From NCBI RefSeq assembly GCF_001194135.2, contig NC_068990.1, positions 15,351,823 through 15,415,822 on the forward strand: DNA of 64,000 nucleotides. The letters run 5' to 3'. The translations under genes and the position numbers were made by a program. Source of the DNA: Octopus bimaculoides (lineage: Eukaryota). Below the pieces are notes generated by a model. That model did no database searches, had not been told where the DNA came from, and saw nothing but the letters and a program-made list of their open reading frames with translations. The first letter of the stretch is position 1. Every line of letters starts with the position of its first letter. Of the stretch, positions 15,158-27,652 are shown piece by piece.

Positions 15158-15535
15158 GGCACAGGAGTGGCTGTGTGGTAAGTAGCTTGGTTACTAACCA
15201 CATGGTTCTGGATTCAGTCCCACTGTGTGGCACCTTGGGCAAGTGTCTTCTGTTATAGCCTCGGGCCAACTAAAGCCTTGTGAGTGGATTTGGTAGATGG
15301 AAACTATATACATATATGTATATGTTTGTGTGTCTGTGTTTGTCCTCCCACCATCACTTGACAACTGATGTTGGTGTGTCTACATCCCTGTAACTTAGCG
15401 GTTTGGCAAAAGACACCGATAGAACAAGTACGAGGCTTACAAAGAATAAATTCTGGGGTCGATATGTTCGACTAAAGGCGGTGCTGCAGCATGGCCACAA
15501 TCGAATGACTGAAACAAATAAAAGAGTAAAGAGTA
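15158..15535 (+). mobile_element. tRNA-headed SINE family A with internal microsatellite; many copies (e.g. 10780-11330 -, 39280-39900 +, 42775-43225 +, 55460-55855 +)
   Basis: Head GGAGTGGCTGTGTGGTAAGTAGC...GGTTCAGTCCC with A/B-box-like motifs, central (TA)n/(TG)n, shared 3' ...CAGCATGGCCACAGTC...GAAACAAGTAAAAGA. Repeated more than 10 times in the window. Confidence 0.85.
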
Positions 15536-15819
15536 TACATTTATCATGGACATTTTTCAATCTGTCTACCAAATCCATTCTGAAAACTTTGGTCAGCCCA
15601 GGGCTACAGTTGACAGCACATGCCCAAGGTGCCATGCAGTTAGATTGAAGCTGCTTCTACTGATAATAACCAGCAATCTTTGTTCGTTCGTATCACATGC
15701 CCATAAGTATGCAGTATCTATTCTACATTCTTAAAGCTAATGCTTTTAATTCCCAGATGCTTTATTAATTCACTGTTTATGCAGATTAGTAGATCATAGC
15801 ATACCATATTTGACTCACT

Positions 15820-15930
15820 TCTCTCCAGTCTCTGCAGATGTTTTGCTATTAATGCTTATGTCTCTCTACTATGCGGTATTATACTTCTTACATATGCTAC
15901 ATACAATCTGTTTTTTGCATCAGAAAAAAG
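15820..15930 (-). mobile_element. Decayed RTE ORF2 fragment
   Basis: KNRLYVAYVRSIIPHSRET*ALIAKHLQRLER aligns by eye to KGRLYDACVRTAMLHGSETWAMTAEDMRRLAR at 44.7-44.9 kb. Confidence 0.6.
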
Positions 15931-16540
15931 AAACGTTTTGCTGTCAATATAGGTAATGGCTTCATGATCTTCTTCCAAACTTTCTTAAGCCAGCTACTCT
16001 ACTTTCACTACTGCAACACCCAGCTTTAATGAGATTACCTGTACCACAAAAACCCGTCAACTATGTCAGTTTTATCAGTTTGAAATTTCAAACTAAAACA
16101 TGTAAAAGCTATAGAAATTTTTTAATATATTATGGAAAAAAATAAAAGGAAACTGAAATTTTAATTTCTTTCTTTATTTACAGTTTAATCCAGGTCCTTA
16201 ATAGACTTTTTCCCTGCTAACTCTTAAGAAGTAATGAGTGTACATTAAGAAATGAAACACTTCTTAAAGAGAAAAGAAGAATATACTTATACATTTATGT
16301 ACATACACACAGGCGCAGGTATGCATGTACACACACATGCACACGGGCATACAGTCACGCGCTTGTTTATTTTCTTGAGACAGTTCATGCTCTCATTCGG
16401 GATTTTTTTTCCCCATGTTCTAAGAGAACTTACCATTAAAAGGAAGCATGGAGAGACTTAACAGATGTTCTCGACAAGAAAGTCATATAAACAAATCTAA
16501 AGAACTATTTTTGGTGACATAACAGTGCTACTGCTGCTGG

Positions 16541-16571
<31 letters not shown>

Positions 16572-16584
16572 GATAATAATAATG

Positions 16585-16628
<44 letters not shown>

Positions 16629-18195
16629 TTTCTACATTCAAACAAAGCTACAAATTTGTTATGGAAAAACAAATTCAACTGAATTGACTCCTGTACATGT
16701 CTTGTACTGATTCCTTCTTCGGCAGAGTGATTGGAAGACAAAATTAATGGTAATGAGATTTCAACTCAAATTATAAGAGTTAAAATAACCACAGTAACAG
16801 CCAATAAGATGATGATATTATTACTACTACTGCTGCTGCTGCCACTGCCGCTGCTGCTGCCATCATCACAGTTTCAAATTTTGGCACATGGCCAGCAAGA
16901 TTGGGGGAAGAGTAAGTTGATTACATCAACAGCCAGTTCTCAACTGGTACCTATTTTATTGACCTTAAAAGGACGAAAGGCAAAGTCGACCTCAGTGAAG
17001 TTTGAACTCAGAACGCAAAAGCAGATGAAATGCCACTAAGCATTTTGCCCCATGTGCTAATGATTCTGCCAGATCACCACCTTAATATTGATTTGAAATT
17101 TTGGCACAAGGCCAGCATTTTTGGGAGACGGGGTAAGTCGATTACATTGGCCACAATGTTCAACTGGTACTTATTTTGTCAACTCTGAAAGGATGAAAGG
17201 CAAAGTTGACCTCGGCGGAATTTGAACATAAAGACAGACAAAATGATGCTAAGCACTTTTCCCAGTGTACTAACGATTCTGCCAGATCACCGCCTTAATA
17301 TGTCGTTAAATATTGCAAGACATGGGTATGTGGTTGAGAAGTTTGCTTTCCAACTGCTGGGTTTTAGGTTCAATTCCTCCATGTGGAACCTTAGGCTAGT
17401 GTCTTGTGGATGCTTGTTGTGTGTGTTTGTGTGTGTGTGTGTATTTGAGAGTGTGTGTAAGTGTGTTCATGTTTGTGTTTCCGTGTCTTGACATCACAGT
17501 TGCTGTAAATGAATGTCATTCCTTTCCAGTATTCTGCAAAGACATACCTGGCCATCGGGAAATATTATTTGTTTGGAAACAAGTTGGGACACACAACAGG
17601 AAGGGCATCCTGTTGTAGAAATTCTACCTCAATAAACTTCGTCCAACCCATGCAAGTATGGACAAGTGGTTGTTAAAACAATGATGAAGACAATAATGAT
17701 GATAATGGTGATGTGGTGACAATGATGATGATGATGGTGCTTTCCCTAAGCCTGCCATCTACAACAATTGTAGGCATGTTTCAAACCTTTAAATTAACAT
17801 GCAATGCATGTTATGTTTGCTTCATTAACATATTTGGAAAAAAAAAAAAAAAAAAAGATGAATAAATAAATTCTACTTCAGGCTTCAATGATTCTCATCC
17901 TTGAAGAAAGAACAGGGCATTCAACTGTAAATGATCTTTTCTATTAATTCATAGATATGTTTTATAGAAAACTGTTACAGAGATGTTTTAAAAGCTTAAA
18001 TTTATCTTCTTAAAGAATTCCCATATTTTGTGATATCAATCTCATTCTTTCACATATTCTTATTATCTCTTCCTATATTCATAGAAATGTATGTATGTGT
18101 AAGTGTATGCAAGATATATATGTGTGTGTGGAGTGTGTGTGTGTTTGTGTGCATATATGTAGTAATGTGTTAATATACATATACATTATATTAAT

Positions 18196-18228
<33 letters not shown>

Positions 18229-18885
18229 NNNNNNNNNNNNNNNNNNNNNNNNNNNNNNNNNNNNNNNNNNNNNNNNNNNNNNNNNNNNNNNNNNNNNNNN
18301 NNNNNNNNNNNNNNNNNNNNNNNNNNNNNNNNNNNNNNNNNNNNNNNNNNNNNNNNNNNNNNNNNNNNNNNNNNNNNNNNNNNNNNNNNNNNNNNNNNNN
18401 NNNNNNNNNNNNNNNNNNNNNNNNNNNNNNNNNNNNNNNNNNNNNNNNNNNNNNNNNNNNNNNNNNNNNNNNNNNNNNNNNNNNNNNNNNNNNNNNNNNN
18501 NNNNNNNNNNNNNNNNNNNNNNNNNNNNNNNNNNNNNNNNNNNNNNNNNNNNNNNNNNNNNNNNNNNNNNNNNNNNNNNNNNNNNNNNNNNNNNNNNNNN
18601 NNNNNNNNNNNNNNNNNNNNNNNNNNNNNNNNNNNNNNNNNNNNNNNNNNNNNNNNNNNNNNNNNNNNNNNNNNNNNNNNNNNNNNNNNNNNNNNNNNNN
18701 NNNNNNNNNNNNNNNNNNNNNNNNNNNNNNNNNNNNNNNNNNNNNNNNNNNNNNNNNNNNNNNNNNNNNNNNNNNNNNNNNNNNNNNNNNNNNNNNNNNN
18801 NNNNNNNNACATTAGAGAAAAGAGAAACACATTTTTGAAAATTATGTCATAGTTCTAAGAAAGTGCTGTAGATAGGATAATTTAT

Positions 18886-19186
18886 ACATTATTTACATTC
18901 GACGGATATTTGTCCTTATCTTGTTTGTTGTTAACACAACGTCTTGGCTGATATACCCTCCAGCCTTCACCAGGTGTCTTGGGAAAATTTTGAACCTGGG
19001 TTCTCATTCCTGAGGTATTTTTCAATGTTATTCTTCTTCTTCTTCTTATTATTATTATTACTATTATTATCATTATTATTACTATTATTATTATCATTAT
19101 TACTATTATTATTATTCAGGTCACTGCCTGGAATCGAACTCAGAATCTTGGGGTTAGTATGTTCTTGACCACTATGGCATATGCCC
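18886..19186 (-). mobile_element. tRNA-headed SINE with hammerhead-like tail (core mutated in this copy)
   Basis: A-box-like TAGTGGTCAAG (19164-19174), B-box-like GAGTTCGATTCC (19130-19141), (TAA)n middle. Tail is homologous to the inverted copy at 19184-19462. Confidence 0.75.
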
Positions 19187-19462
19187 AAGATTCTGAGTTC
19201 GATTTCAGTCAGTGACCTGAGTAATAATAACAGTAATAATAATAATAATAATAATAACAATAATGATAATAATACTAATAACATTGAAAAATACCTTAGG
19301 AATGAGAGCTCAGGTTCAAAATTTCCTCAAGACACCTGATGAAGGCTGAAGGGTATATCAGGCGAAATATTGTGTTCACAACAAACAAGATGAGGACAAA
19401 TATCTGTCAAATGTAAATAATGTAAATAATGTACATAATTCCTCATCTCTTAAATATAGAAC
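19184..19462 (+). mobile_element. Second, head-truncated copy of the same SINE, in inverted orientation
   Basis: Reverse complement of 18886-19186 apart from the A-box region. Confidence 0.75.
19331..19376 (+). ncRNA. Minimal type-I hammerhead ribozyme motif (activity untested)
   Basis: GACAC-CTGATGA-A-GGCTG(aagggtatat)CAGGC-GAAA-TAT-T-GTGTT: intact core, stem II 4/5 pairs, palindromic ATAT stem III, stem I GACAC/GTGTT. Confidence 0.6.
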
Positions 19463-20163
19463 AGAATAATTTATGACTAAAAGTTTTTTTAAAATAATTT
19501 AGTGAAATTTAGACTGATAGTATCCATGGCGTTTTGCAAGCCTTCTCAGATTGATGAAATGGAAATGGATGATGCTTGACCTAAATGTTTGCAGGGGAAT
19601 GTTACCGGTAAACTGTCGGACGGAAGGAACTGAATGATCTCAAGACTGTCAATAGAAGGATTCTCATCTTAGGACTCTCAGTAACCAGGTAGTAATTAGA
19701 CATAGTAGCAATACTGTAAAATCTCTACAAATAATAATAGCTGATATAATTCTTGGTTGATTGGTTGGTTTCTCCAGTCATGTTTTACACTGTATATAGA
19801 GAAAGGAAGAGAGAGAGAGAGTTGATGGAAAAAGTGCAGGATGTATGCCCATAGTAGGCTTGGTGGTGGGCAATGAGTAAAGACTGGTTACCCCGCCGCA
19901 CATATATGCTATTAGAGAGAAAGAATCATAGAGGGAGGAGAAGGAGAAGTTACTGACAGTAATAAATATTTTTTCCTTTTGAAAATTAGTATTTGTTTCA
20001 TCATTTTGAATAAAGCACCCAAACATTTGGTAAAAGTCAAATTATAATCTGTGTATATATGTCATATTTCCTAATATTACCCATGGTGGTAAAAAGCACA
20101 CTTTCAAAGTCAGCTGTCGTATAACAGACAACACCCCAGTGTATGCATATTTTACTGACTCAC

Positions 20164-20290
20164 AGTGCAGAACTTCAACTCTTCCAATAGAATTTTTTTT
20201 CCCGCTTTTACAGAAGTTTAATTCTTCCAGCAGAACCTGTTTGGAAATAGAAAAATCGTTAAATTTTTACCCGCTTCTTTGTACGCCGTC
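20164..20290. promoter_or_regulatory. Possible E2F-type regulatory site pair
   Basis: TTTCCCGC (20198-20205) and TTTACCCGC (20266-20274) in a small CpG-containing patch outside recognised repeats. Confidence 0.25.
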
Positions 20291-20323
20291 AAAACAACAA
20301 CAATAATAATAGTAATAATAATA

Positions 20324-20358
<35 letters not shown>

Positions 20359-21305
20359 AGTAAAAAGAAAGATAAAATGAACAACAAAGAATTGCATTTT
20401 TATAAATGTCTTTATTTGATAAACGAATATAAAAAGTAAAAATGTGGTTTTCAGTGTTGTGTTGGAAACTGAGTTAAATGAATCAAAAATGAAATCAAAA
20501 GTTAGTTTGTAACTTATACATCATCACATTCAACTGGATGTAGATTGTGAGAAAAGTTGGAGTGACATTTAGTTTGAGAGGTGATATGGAAAGAAACCAG
20601 CTTAAATAATGCTAATGAAAAAATGTAGTTATATAGCTCTTTATGTTATTAGTGCTCTTCATGTCTCCAGTTAAATTTTTCTCAATGTATTAAGTTCTCT
20701 TTAATACATTACTGAATAAAAATCTGATTCATTTAATTATATCTGAGTTATATGATCGCCATGCGTCCTTATCAGCCAGCATTAACATTATTTTATTGTG
20801 TGTATTTTTAAATGTTTAATAAGCCTAAAAGGAATTAGAGGGCTCTTTGGGAATTTTTGCCTAGTTTCTCCATGGATAGTATTTTAAACTAAGAAAAATA
20901 CAATGGAAAACCCCTGTTTTGCGATATCAAGATAAAAGTTTGTTAACAATAGAATACATTCATTTACTGTTATTCTACTGATTGTTTATTTGGAATTATA
21001 AATTGGTCAAAGGAAGGGTCCATCATATCAGCTTCAGTAATCAAGCGTTGCTAATTGGATCAATAAATTTGGTTAGTCTAAAGGCTTTTAGGGCTAAATT
21101 TTTTTTTCAGTAGTTTAATAGAGAAAATATATCATAATTATGTCATATTAGAAAACACACACACACAAAGAGAAATATTAATAATGAGGCCCATTTAATT
21201 ATAGATGATTTAGCTTTGAACAGGTGGTTAATTGATTAAAAAATAATATCTGAAAGAGTATCAACTTTCAAAATCATACATGACAGTATTAATTTCTTTT
21301 AGTAT

Positions 21306-21351
<46 letters not shown>

Positions 21352-22623
21352 ACTTCTTTTACCTTTACTTTCTCTTACACTATTTCTCTTTCTTCTATAA
21401 GCCACTACTTTCCCACTCTGATACTGAGTACCTCTGATTCTTTCTATCTTTTACCAACTATCTGTCTCTCATACATTCACATTCACATATATATTCACAA
21501 CCAATTTAATAATATATGTCTGTGTTTTGTTTTCATGTTCTTTATATATTTCAACTTGAAGTTAATTTGATTTCAATAACTTCTGCATGTTTAATTGAAA
21601 AATTCTTCTATTTAAGAAATATAAATAATTTTCTGTATAATATTTTTTATCTTCATATTTTACTTCTAACACTTTCTCATTTTTGTTTGATTAAATATCT
21701 ATTTTATAATTTTTGGTATAGATTCAAAACATTTTACGTATCTATCTCACAGCATTAGAAGCAGTATATCTTTGTATGCTTCTTTATGGCTTATTAAATA
21801 TTTTCCTTTGGATAAATCAAAATCTCAAACAGTGTTCTTCATAATGTTTCACTCCTATTGAATGCTATATATCATCTAATTTATCATTTATTTGTTTCAG
21901 TTTGAGTTTTAATGTATGGTTAATGCCTCACTGAGTTGGTTAGTTGTTAGATAACCGTCTGCAAAGGGCAGCTGTGATGTTAACTTAAACTATGCTCCAG
22001 TAATTTTATCTTCACTGGAAAACGAACATTAAAGGAGGGGTAAAAATGAAACTAAAATAGACCAATGAATTATCTCTTGTGAAAGATTAGAAATGATTGG
22101 AGTTTAGTATATTATATTTTCAATTCTTATTGAAGTGTGGTCCTGCTCTGTTTGAATTGTATATCAAAAGGATGTGCAATTTCATTAACATTATTAGTTT
22201 CTCTAGAGCAGGCTGGAAGCCAATTGTTTTAAAAGAGATGTGTAGACAATTGAATCGATTCCACCGTATAACAGCTACTTAATTTTTTTGACTATGGAGG
22301 GATGAAAAATAAAGTTGCTTCTTGTTGTATCTGAACTCACAATCATGAGGTATGGAACTAAATATACAAGGCAGTTTACCAGTTTCCGTCTAGTAATTTC
22401 ATAATGATCATGGACAGTGTGGATGTATAAACCATGTTCCGTGTTCATGAAAATAAGTGAGGTATGGAAGAACTATTATTTCTTTGGCAATGAATAATTA
22501 AGGGTAATATCAATTAAGGGAATTGCCATATTTGTTACATAATTTATATAAATGATAGCCACAGGCATAGCTGTGTAGTTAAGAAGACTGATTCTCAGCC
22601 AGAAGGTTTTGGGGTCACATATA

Positions 22624-22695
<72 letters not shown>

Positions 22696-23129
22696 TAGGT
22701 GCTGGTGTGGTTGTGTGGTGAGAAGCTTACTTCCCGACCACATGGTTCTGGGTTCAGTCCCACTGCGTGACACCCTACTATAGCCTTGGGATGACCAAAG
22801 CTTTGTGAGTGGATTTCTCTATAATTTCGTAGGTATACTGGTTTTAAATTTTAGCACAAAGCCATCAATTTAAGGGGAGGGGTAAGTCAATTACATTGAC
22901 CCCATTGTTCAGCTGATATTTAGTTTATTGATCCCAAAAGGATGCAAAGCAAAGTCTACCTTGATGGAATTTGAACTCAGAATGTAAAGACATGAAATAC
23001 CATTAAGCATTTCACCTGGTGTGTTAATGATTCTGCCAGCTTGCTGCCTAATTTGGAAGGTATATTAAATGCCATTAATGGTAGTGGTGTACTGATATTT
23101 TCTTTCATTCATTCATTTCACATTCCTGG

Positions 23130-23550
23130 GAAGCATTGTCAATAAGGGAGTGGAACAGGTCAGGACATTAAAACAAGCATAGGAAATGTTACAGCTGCCT
23201 CCTGGATGTTCAGGACCACCTGGGGATCATGGACCTTGTCAGCACATACAAGACTCAAGGTCTTAAACATGAACATGAAAATAGTTTTGTTGTACTGGTG
23301 TGGAACATGGTGAGTCACAAAGTTCTTCATTGACAAACTCCTAACACTTGCAAATAGTTGTTCTTGGAACATCGTTTAGGTGATATTACAAGACAGACTC
23401 AAAAATAAGGCCTTATGGAAATAGATGAAGAAGCAACCTATTAAGACCCAGATCAGGAGGAGGAAATGGAGTTGACTGGGACACCCACCCCCACCAGCAG
23501 GATCACCATCTCCAACACGGCAAGGCAATGCTTTCAATGGACACCCCAAA
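23130..23550 (+). mobile_element. RTE-1-like LINE ORF2 C-terminal relic
   Basis: GTGQDIKTSIGNV...RLKVLNMNMKIVLLYWCGTW*VTK...KNKALWK*MKKQPIKTQIRRRKWS*LGH: the RTE 'SVLLYGSETW...RRKW.WIGH' region, decayed. Confidence 0.8.
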
Positions 23551-24652
23551 TTCCACCAAGGTTAACTTTGCCTTTCATCCTTTCGGGGTTGATAAATTAA
23601 GTACCAGTTGTGCACTGGGGTTGATCTAATCGACAGGCCCCCTCCCCCAAAATTTCGGACCTTGTGCTTTGAGTAGAAAAGAATATAGAGAAGGAACACA
23701 GAAAATGAAACACTGGCAGGCAGCTACACCTGAGGACAACTGCTGTTCATTGCCAAAGATTGAGACAAATGGAAATCTCTCGCTGCTGCCCTCTGTTCTA
23801 TATGGAGTCAAAGGAATTAAGTAGAAGAACAATGGTAGTGGTGAACAGTATTTACCAAAAACGAAGAAAGATCTGTGAAGAATAAGAGAATTGAAAGTTT
23901 GAATTTNNNNNNNNNNNNNNNNNNNNNNNNNNNNNNNNNNNNNNNNNNNNNNNNNNNNNNNNNNNNNNNNNNNNNNNNNNNNNNNNNNNNNNNNNNNNNN
24001 NNNNNNNNNNNNNNNNNNNNNNNNNNNNNNNNNNNNNNNNNNNNNNNNNNNNNNNNNNNNNNNNNNNNNNNNNNNNNNNNNNNNNNNNNNNNNNNNNNNN
24101 NNNNNNNNNNNNNNNNNNNNNNNNNNNNNNNNNNNNNNNNNNNNNNNNNNNNNNNNNNNNNNNNNNNNNNNNNNNNNNNNNNNNNNNNNNNNNNNNNNNN
24201 NNNNNNNNNNNNNNNNNNNNNNNNNNNNNNNNNNNNNNNNNNNNNNNNNNNNNNNNNNNNNNNNNNNNNNNNNNNNNNNNNNNNNNNNNNNNNNNNNNNN
24301 NNNNNNNNNNNNNNNNNNNNNNNNNNNNNNNNNNNNNNNNNNNNNNNNNNNNNNNNNNNNNNNNNNNNNNNNNNNNNNNNNNNNNNNNNNNNNNNNNNNN
24401 NNNNNNNNNNNNNNNNNNNNNNNNNNNNNNNNNNNNNNNNNNNNNNNNNNNNNNNNNNNNNNNNNNNNNNNNNNNNNNNNNNNNNNNNNNNNNNNNNNNN
24501 NNNNNNNNNNNNNNNNNNNNNNNNNNNNNNNNNNNNNNNNNNNNNNNNNNNNNNNNNNNNNNNNNNNNNNNNNNNNNNNNNNNNNNNNNNNNNNNNNNNN
24601 NNNNNNNNNNNNNNNNNNNNNNNNNNNNNNNNNNNNNNNNNNNNNNNNNNNN

Positions 24653-24708
<56 letters not shown>

Positions 24709-25479
24709 TTTATGTGTACACAAACAGACACACCCACACTGATGCACCCACACACACATGGCAGGTGCAATGGTGTAAGTAAAAATGTAGACAAGTTAAT
24801 CAAATAGTTTAGCAGTGAATTAGTGCTCAGACAGGTGAGGTTTTTAGATTCCATCTTCTTAATCAAGGTAAAGTAGTCCAGCAGAACAAGAGTTCTTTAT
24901 CTTTCATCTTTTACTCGTTTCAATCATTTGACTGCATGGCACCTTGGGCAAGTGTCTTCTACTGTAACCTCGAGCCAACCAAAGCCTTGTGAGTGGATTT
25001 GGTAGACAGAAACTGGAAGAAGCCTGTCGTATATATGTATGTATGTATTTATGTGTGAGTGTGTCTTTGTATCTGTGTAGTCGCCCCACCAATGATGGTG
25101 TGTTTGTGTCTCTATGACTTAGTGGTTTGGCAAAGAGACCAATAAAATAAGTACTTGGCTGACAATGAATAAGTCCTGAGGTCGATTTGTTTAACTAAAA
25201 CTCTTTAAGGCAGTGCTCCAGCATGGTCGCAGTCAGATAACTGAAAAGAGTGAAAGAATGTGGGAATATATTCGTGCTCTTTTTTTTCCTTTTTTTTATT
25301 CTTTTTACTCGTTTCAATCATTTGACTTCAGCCATGCTGAAGCGCCACCTTAAAGGGGTTTTTAGTTAAAGCAATTGACCCCAGGGATTTTTCTTTGTAA
25401 GCCTTGTGCTTGTTCTATCGCTCCCCTTTGCCAAGCTGCTAAGTTACGGGGATGTAGACATAGACACACCAACATCAGT

Positions 25480-25940
25480 TGTCAAGAAATGGTGCCAGTA
25501 AGGCGGGCCTGGCAATAAAATGTTCAGATTGTGCTTTTTACGTGCCACCAGCACAGGAGCCAGGTAGTGGGTACTGGCATCGGTCACGATCAGCTGGTGC
25601 CTTTTATGTATCACTGGCACAAGAGCCAGTCAGGCAGACCTGGCATCGACCATGTTCAGATGGTGCTTCTTACGTGCCATCAGCACAGGAGCCAGTCAGG
25701 GGGCACCGGCCCCAGCTATGATATTGGTTTTACTTGACTCAACAGGTCTTCTCAAGCATATCATATCGTCCAACGCATCAGGAATATTTTTAACAGGGCT
25801 GGACGTGCGTGGCTGCGATCTCACTTTAGTTGCCGGGTCTTCTCAATCACAACGTATCTCCAAAGGTCTCGGTCTCCTGTCACTGCCTCTGTGAGGCCCA
25901 ATGTTCGAAGGTCATGCTTAACCACCTCATCCATACATAN
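25480..25940 (-). mobile_element. RTE LINE 3' end (ORF2 terminus plus 3' UTR with internal tandem subrepeats)
   Basis: MDEVVKHDLRTLGLTEAVTGDRDLWRYVVIEKTRQLK* followed by repeated GTGCCACC.GCAC..GAGCCAGT units also seen in the GAT-tailed family. Confidence 0.75.
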
Positions 25941-26667
25941 NNNNNNNNNNNNNNNNNNNNNNNNNNNNNNNNNNNNNNNNNNNNNNNNNNNNNNNNNNNN
26001 NNNNNNNNNNNNNNNNNNNNNNNNNNNNNNNNNNNNNNNNNNNNNNNNNNNNNNNNNNNNNNNNNNNNNNNNNNNNNNNNNNNNNNNNNNNNNNNNNNNN
26101 NNNNNNNNNNNNNNNNNNNNNNNNNNNNNNNNNNNNNNNNNNNNNNNNNNNNNNNNNNNNNNNNNNNNNNNNNNNNNNNNNNNNNNNNNNNNNNNNNNNN
26201 NNNNNNNNNNNNNNNNNNNNNNNNNNNNNNNNNNNNNNNNNNNNNNNNNNNNNNNNNNNNNNNNNNNNNNNNNNNNNNNNNNNNNNNNNNNNNNNNNNNN
26301 NNNNNNNNNNNNNNNNNNNNNNNNNNNNNNNNNNNNNNNNNNNNNNNNNNNNNNNNNNNNNNNNNNNNNNNNNNNNNNNNNNNNNNNNNNNNNNNNNNNN
26401 NNNNNNNNNNNNNNNNNNNNNNNNNNNNNNNNNNNNNNNNNNNNNNNNNTATATATATATATATATATATATTTATCTTTGAAACATCGAGTTAGAATAG
26501 AGGCAGCTGATGAATAATTCCAAGTGGCTTTCTGTTTTCCTATGTGTTCATTCCGTTGTCTGTAGTTCATTGTTCTAACGTCCTGTACCCTGATATGCAT
26601 CTATATACACATGTAGATGAAAGTATATACATATATGTGTGTATACATGCATATATATTTTTTGTAT

Positions 26668-26701
<34 letters not shown>

Positions 26702-27400
26702 TGAGGGTGATGAATTGAATATTAATTTCAATTTAAAACCAGTGATACACACACATGTGTATGTATATATATGTGTGTGTGTGTGCACGTGTGTGCATTA
26801 GTGTATGTTCACACGTGTGTGTGTGTATCTGTGCATCCCTGTATATGTGTCTCGGTTTACTAAATAAGATGTAACGGTGTTTCCCCTCTGCCTGAATCTG
26901 ATATACAAGCCATATGTTACTTGACTTATAAGGTTTCCAAAATGTCAGAGATGCTTCATTGGTTCCTTTCTACTTTTAACCATTCGTATCTACTGTAAAT
27001 ATTTACTGCTTAATCTAAGATAAGACCAGGAAATTCTAAAAGAAACACTTCACAACATTGGTTTGCTATTCTGCTGACCAAATTGGGTATAAAATAGTTC
27101 AGTTTTTTCACAAAAATTTTTCTTTTCTTTTTCTTTTTTATATTTGTTTTCATTTGAACATTATCAACTTAAACATGTAGATAGTTTGTTTATTTCACGT
27201 ACATGTGAATATGTGTCAACACGCACACACTCACACCCACATACAAACACACAAATGCACATGTGCTGTAACTCACTCTAACAAACACGTATTAGCACAC
27301 ACACACACGCACACACTGGTACACACACTCACTGGCATGCAGACACCTATTTGTCTGTCTGTCCTCTGTATGTCTCTATCTATCTATCTATCTATCTATC

Positions 27401-27432
<32 letters not shown>

Positions 27433-27529
27433 GTTTTTCTGTATGTCTGTTTATCTATTTGTCTGTCTGTCTATCAATCAATCAGTTAATCTATCTACCT
27501 TTCTGTCTGTCTGTCTGTATGTATGTCTG

Positions 27530-27652
<123 letters not shown>

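Noticed and set aside
19607-19725. Minus-strand MRILLLTVLRSFSSFRPTVYR, resembling a mitochondrial presequence
   Set aside because: Weak donor, and the next candidate exon terminates the frame within about 20 codons.
26500-26530. Other CTGATGA hits (also at about 33287, 36147, 47278)
   Set aside because: No stem II plus GAAA follows, so they are not hammerheads.
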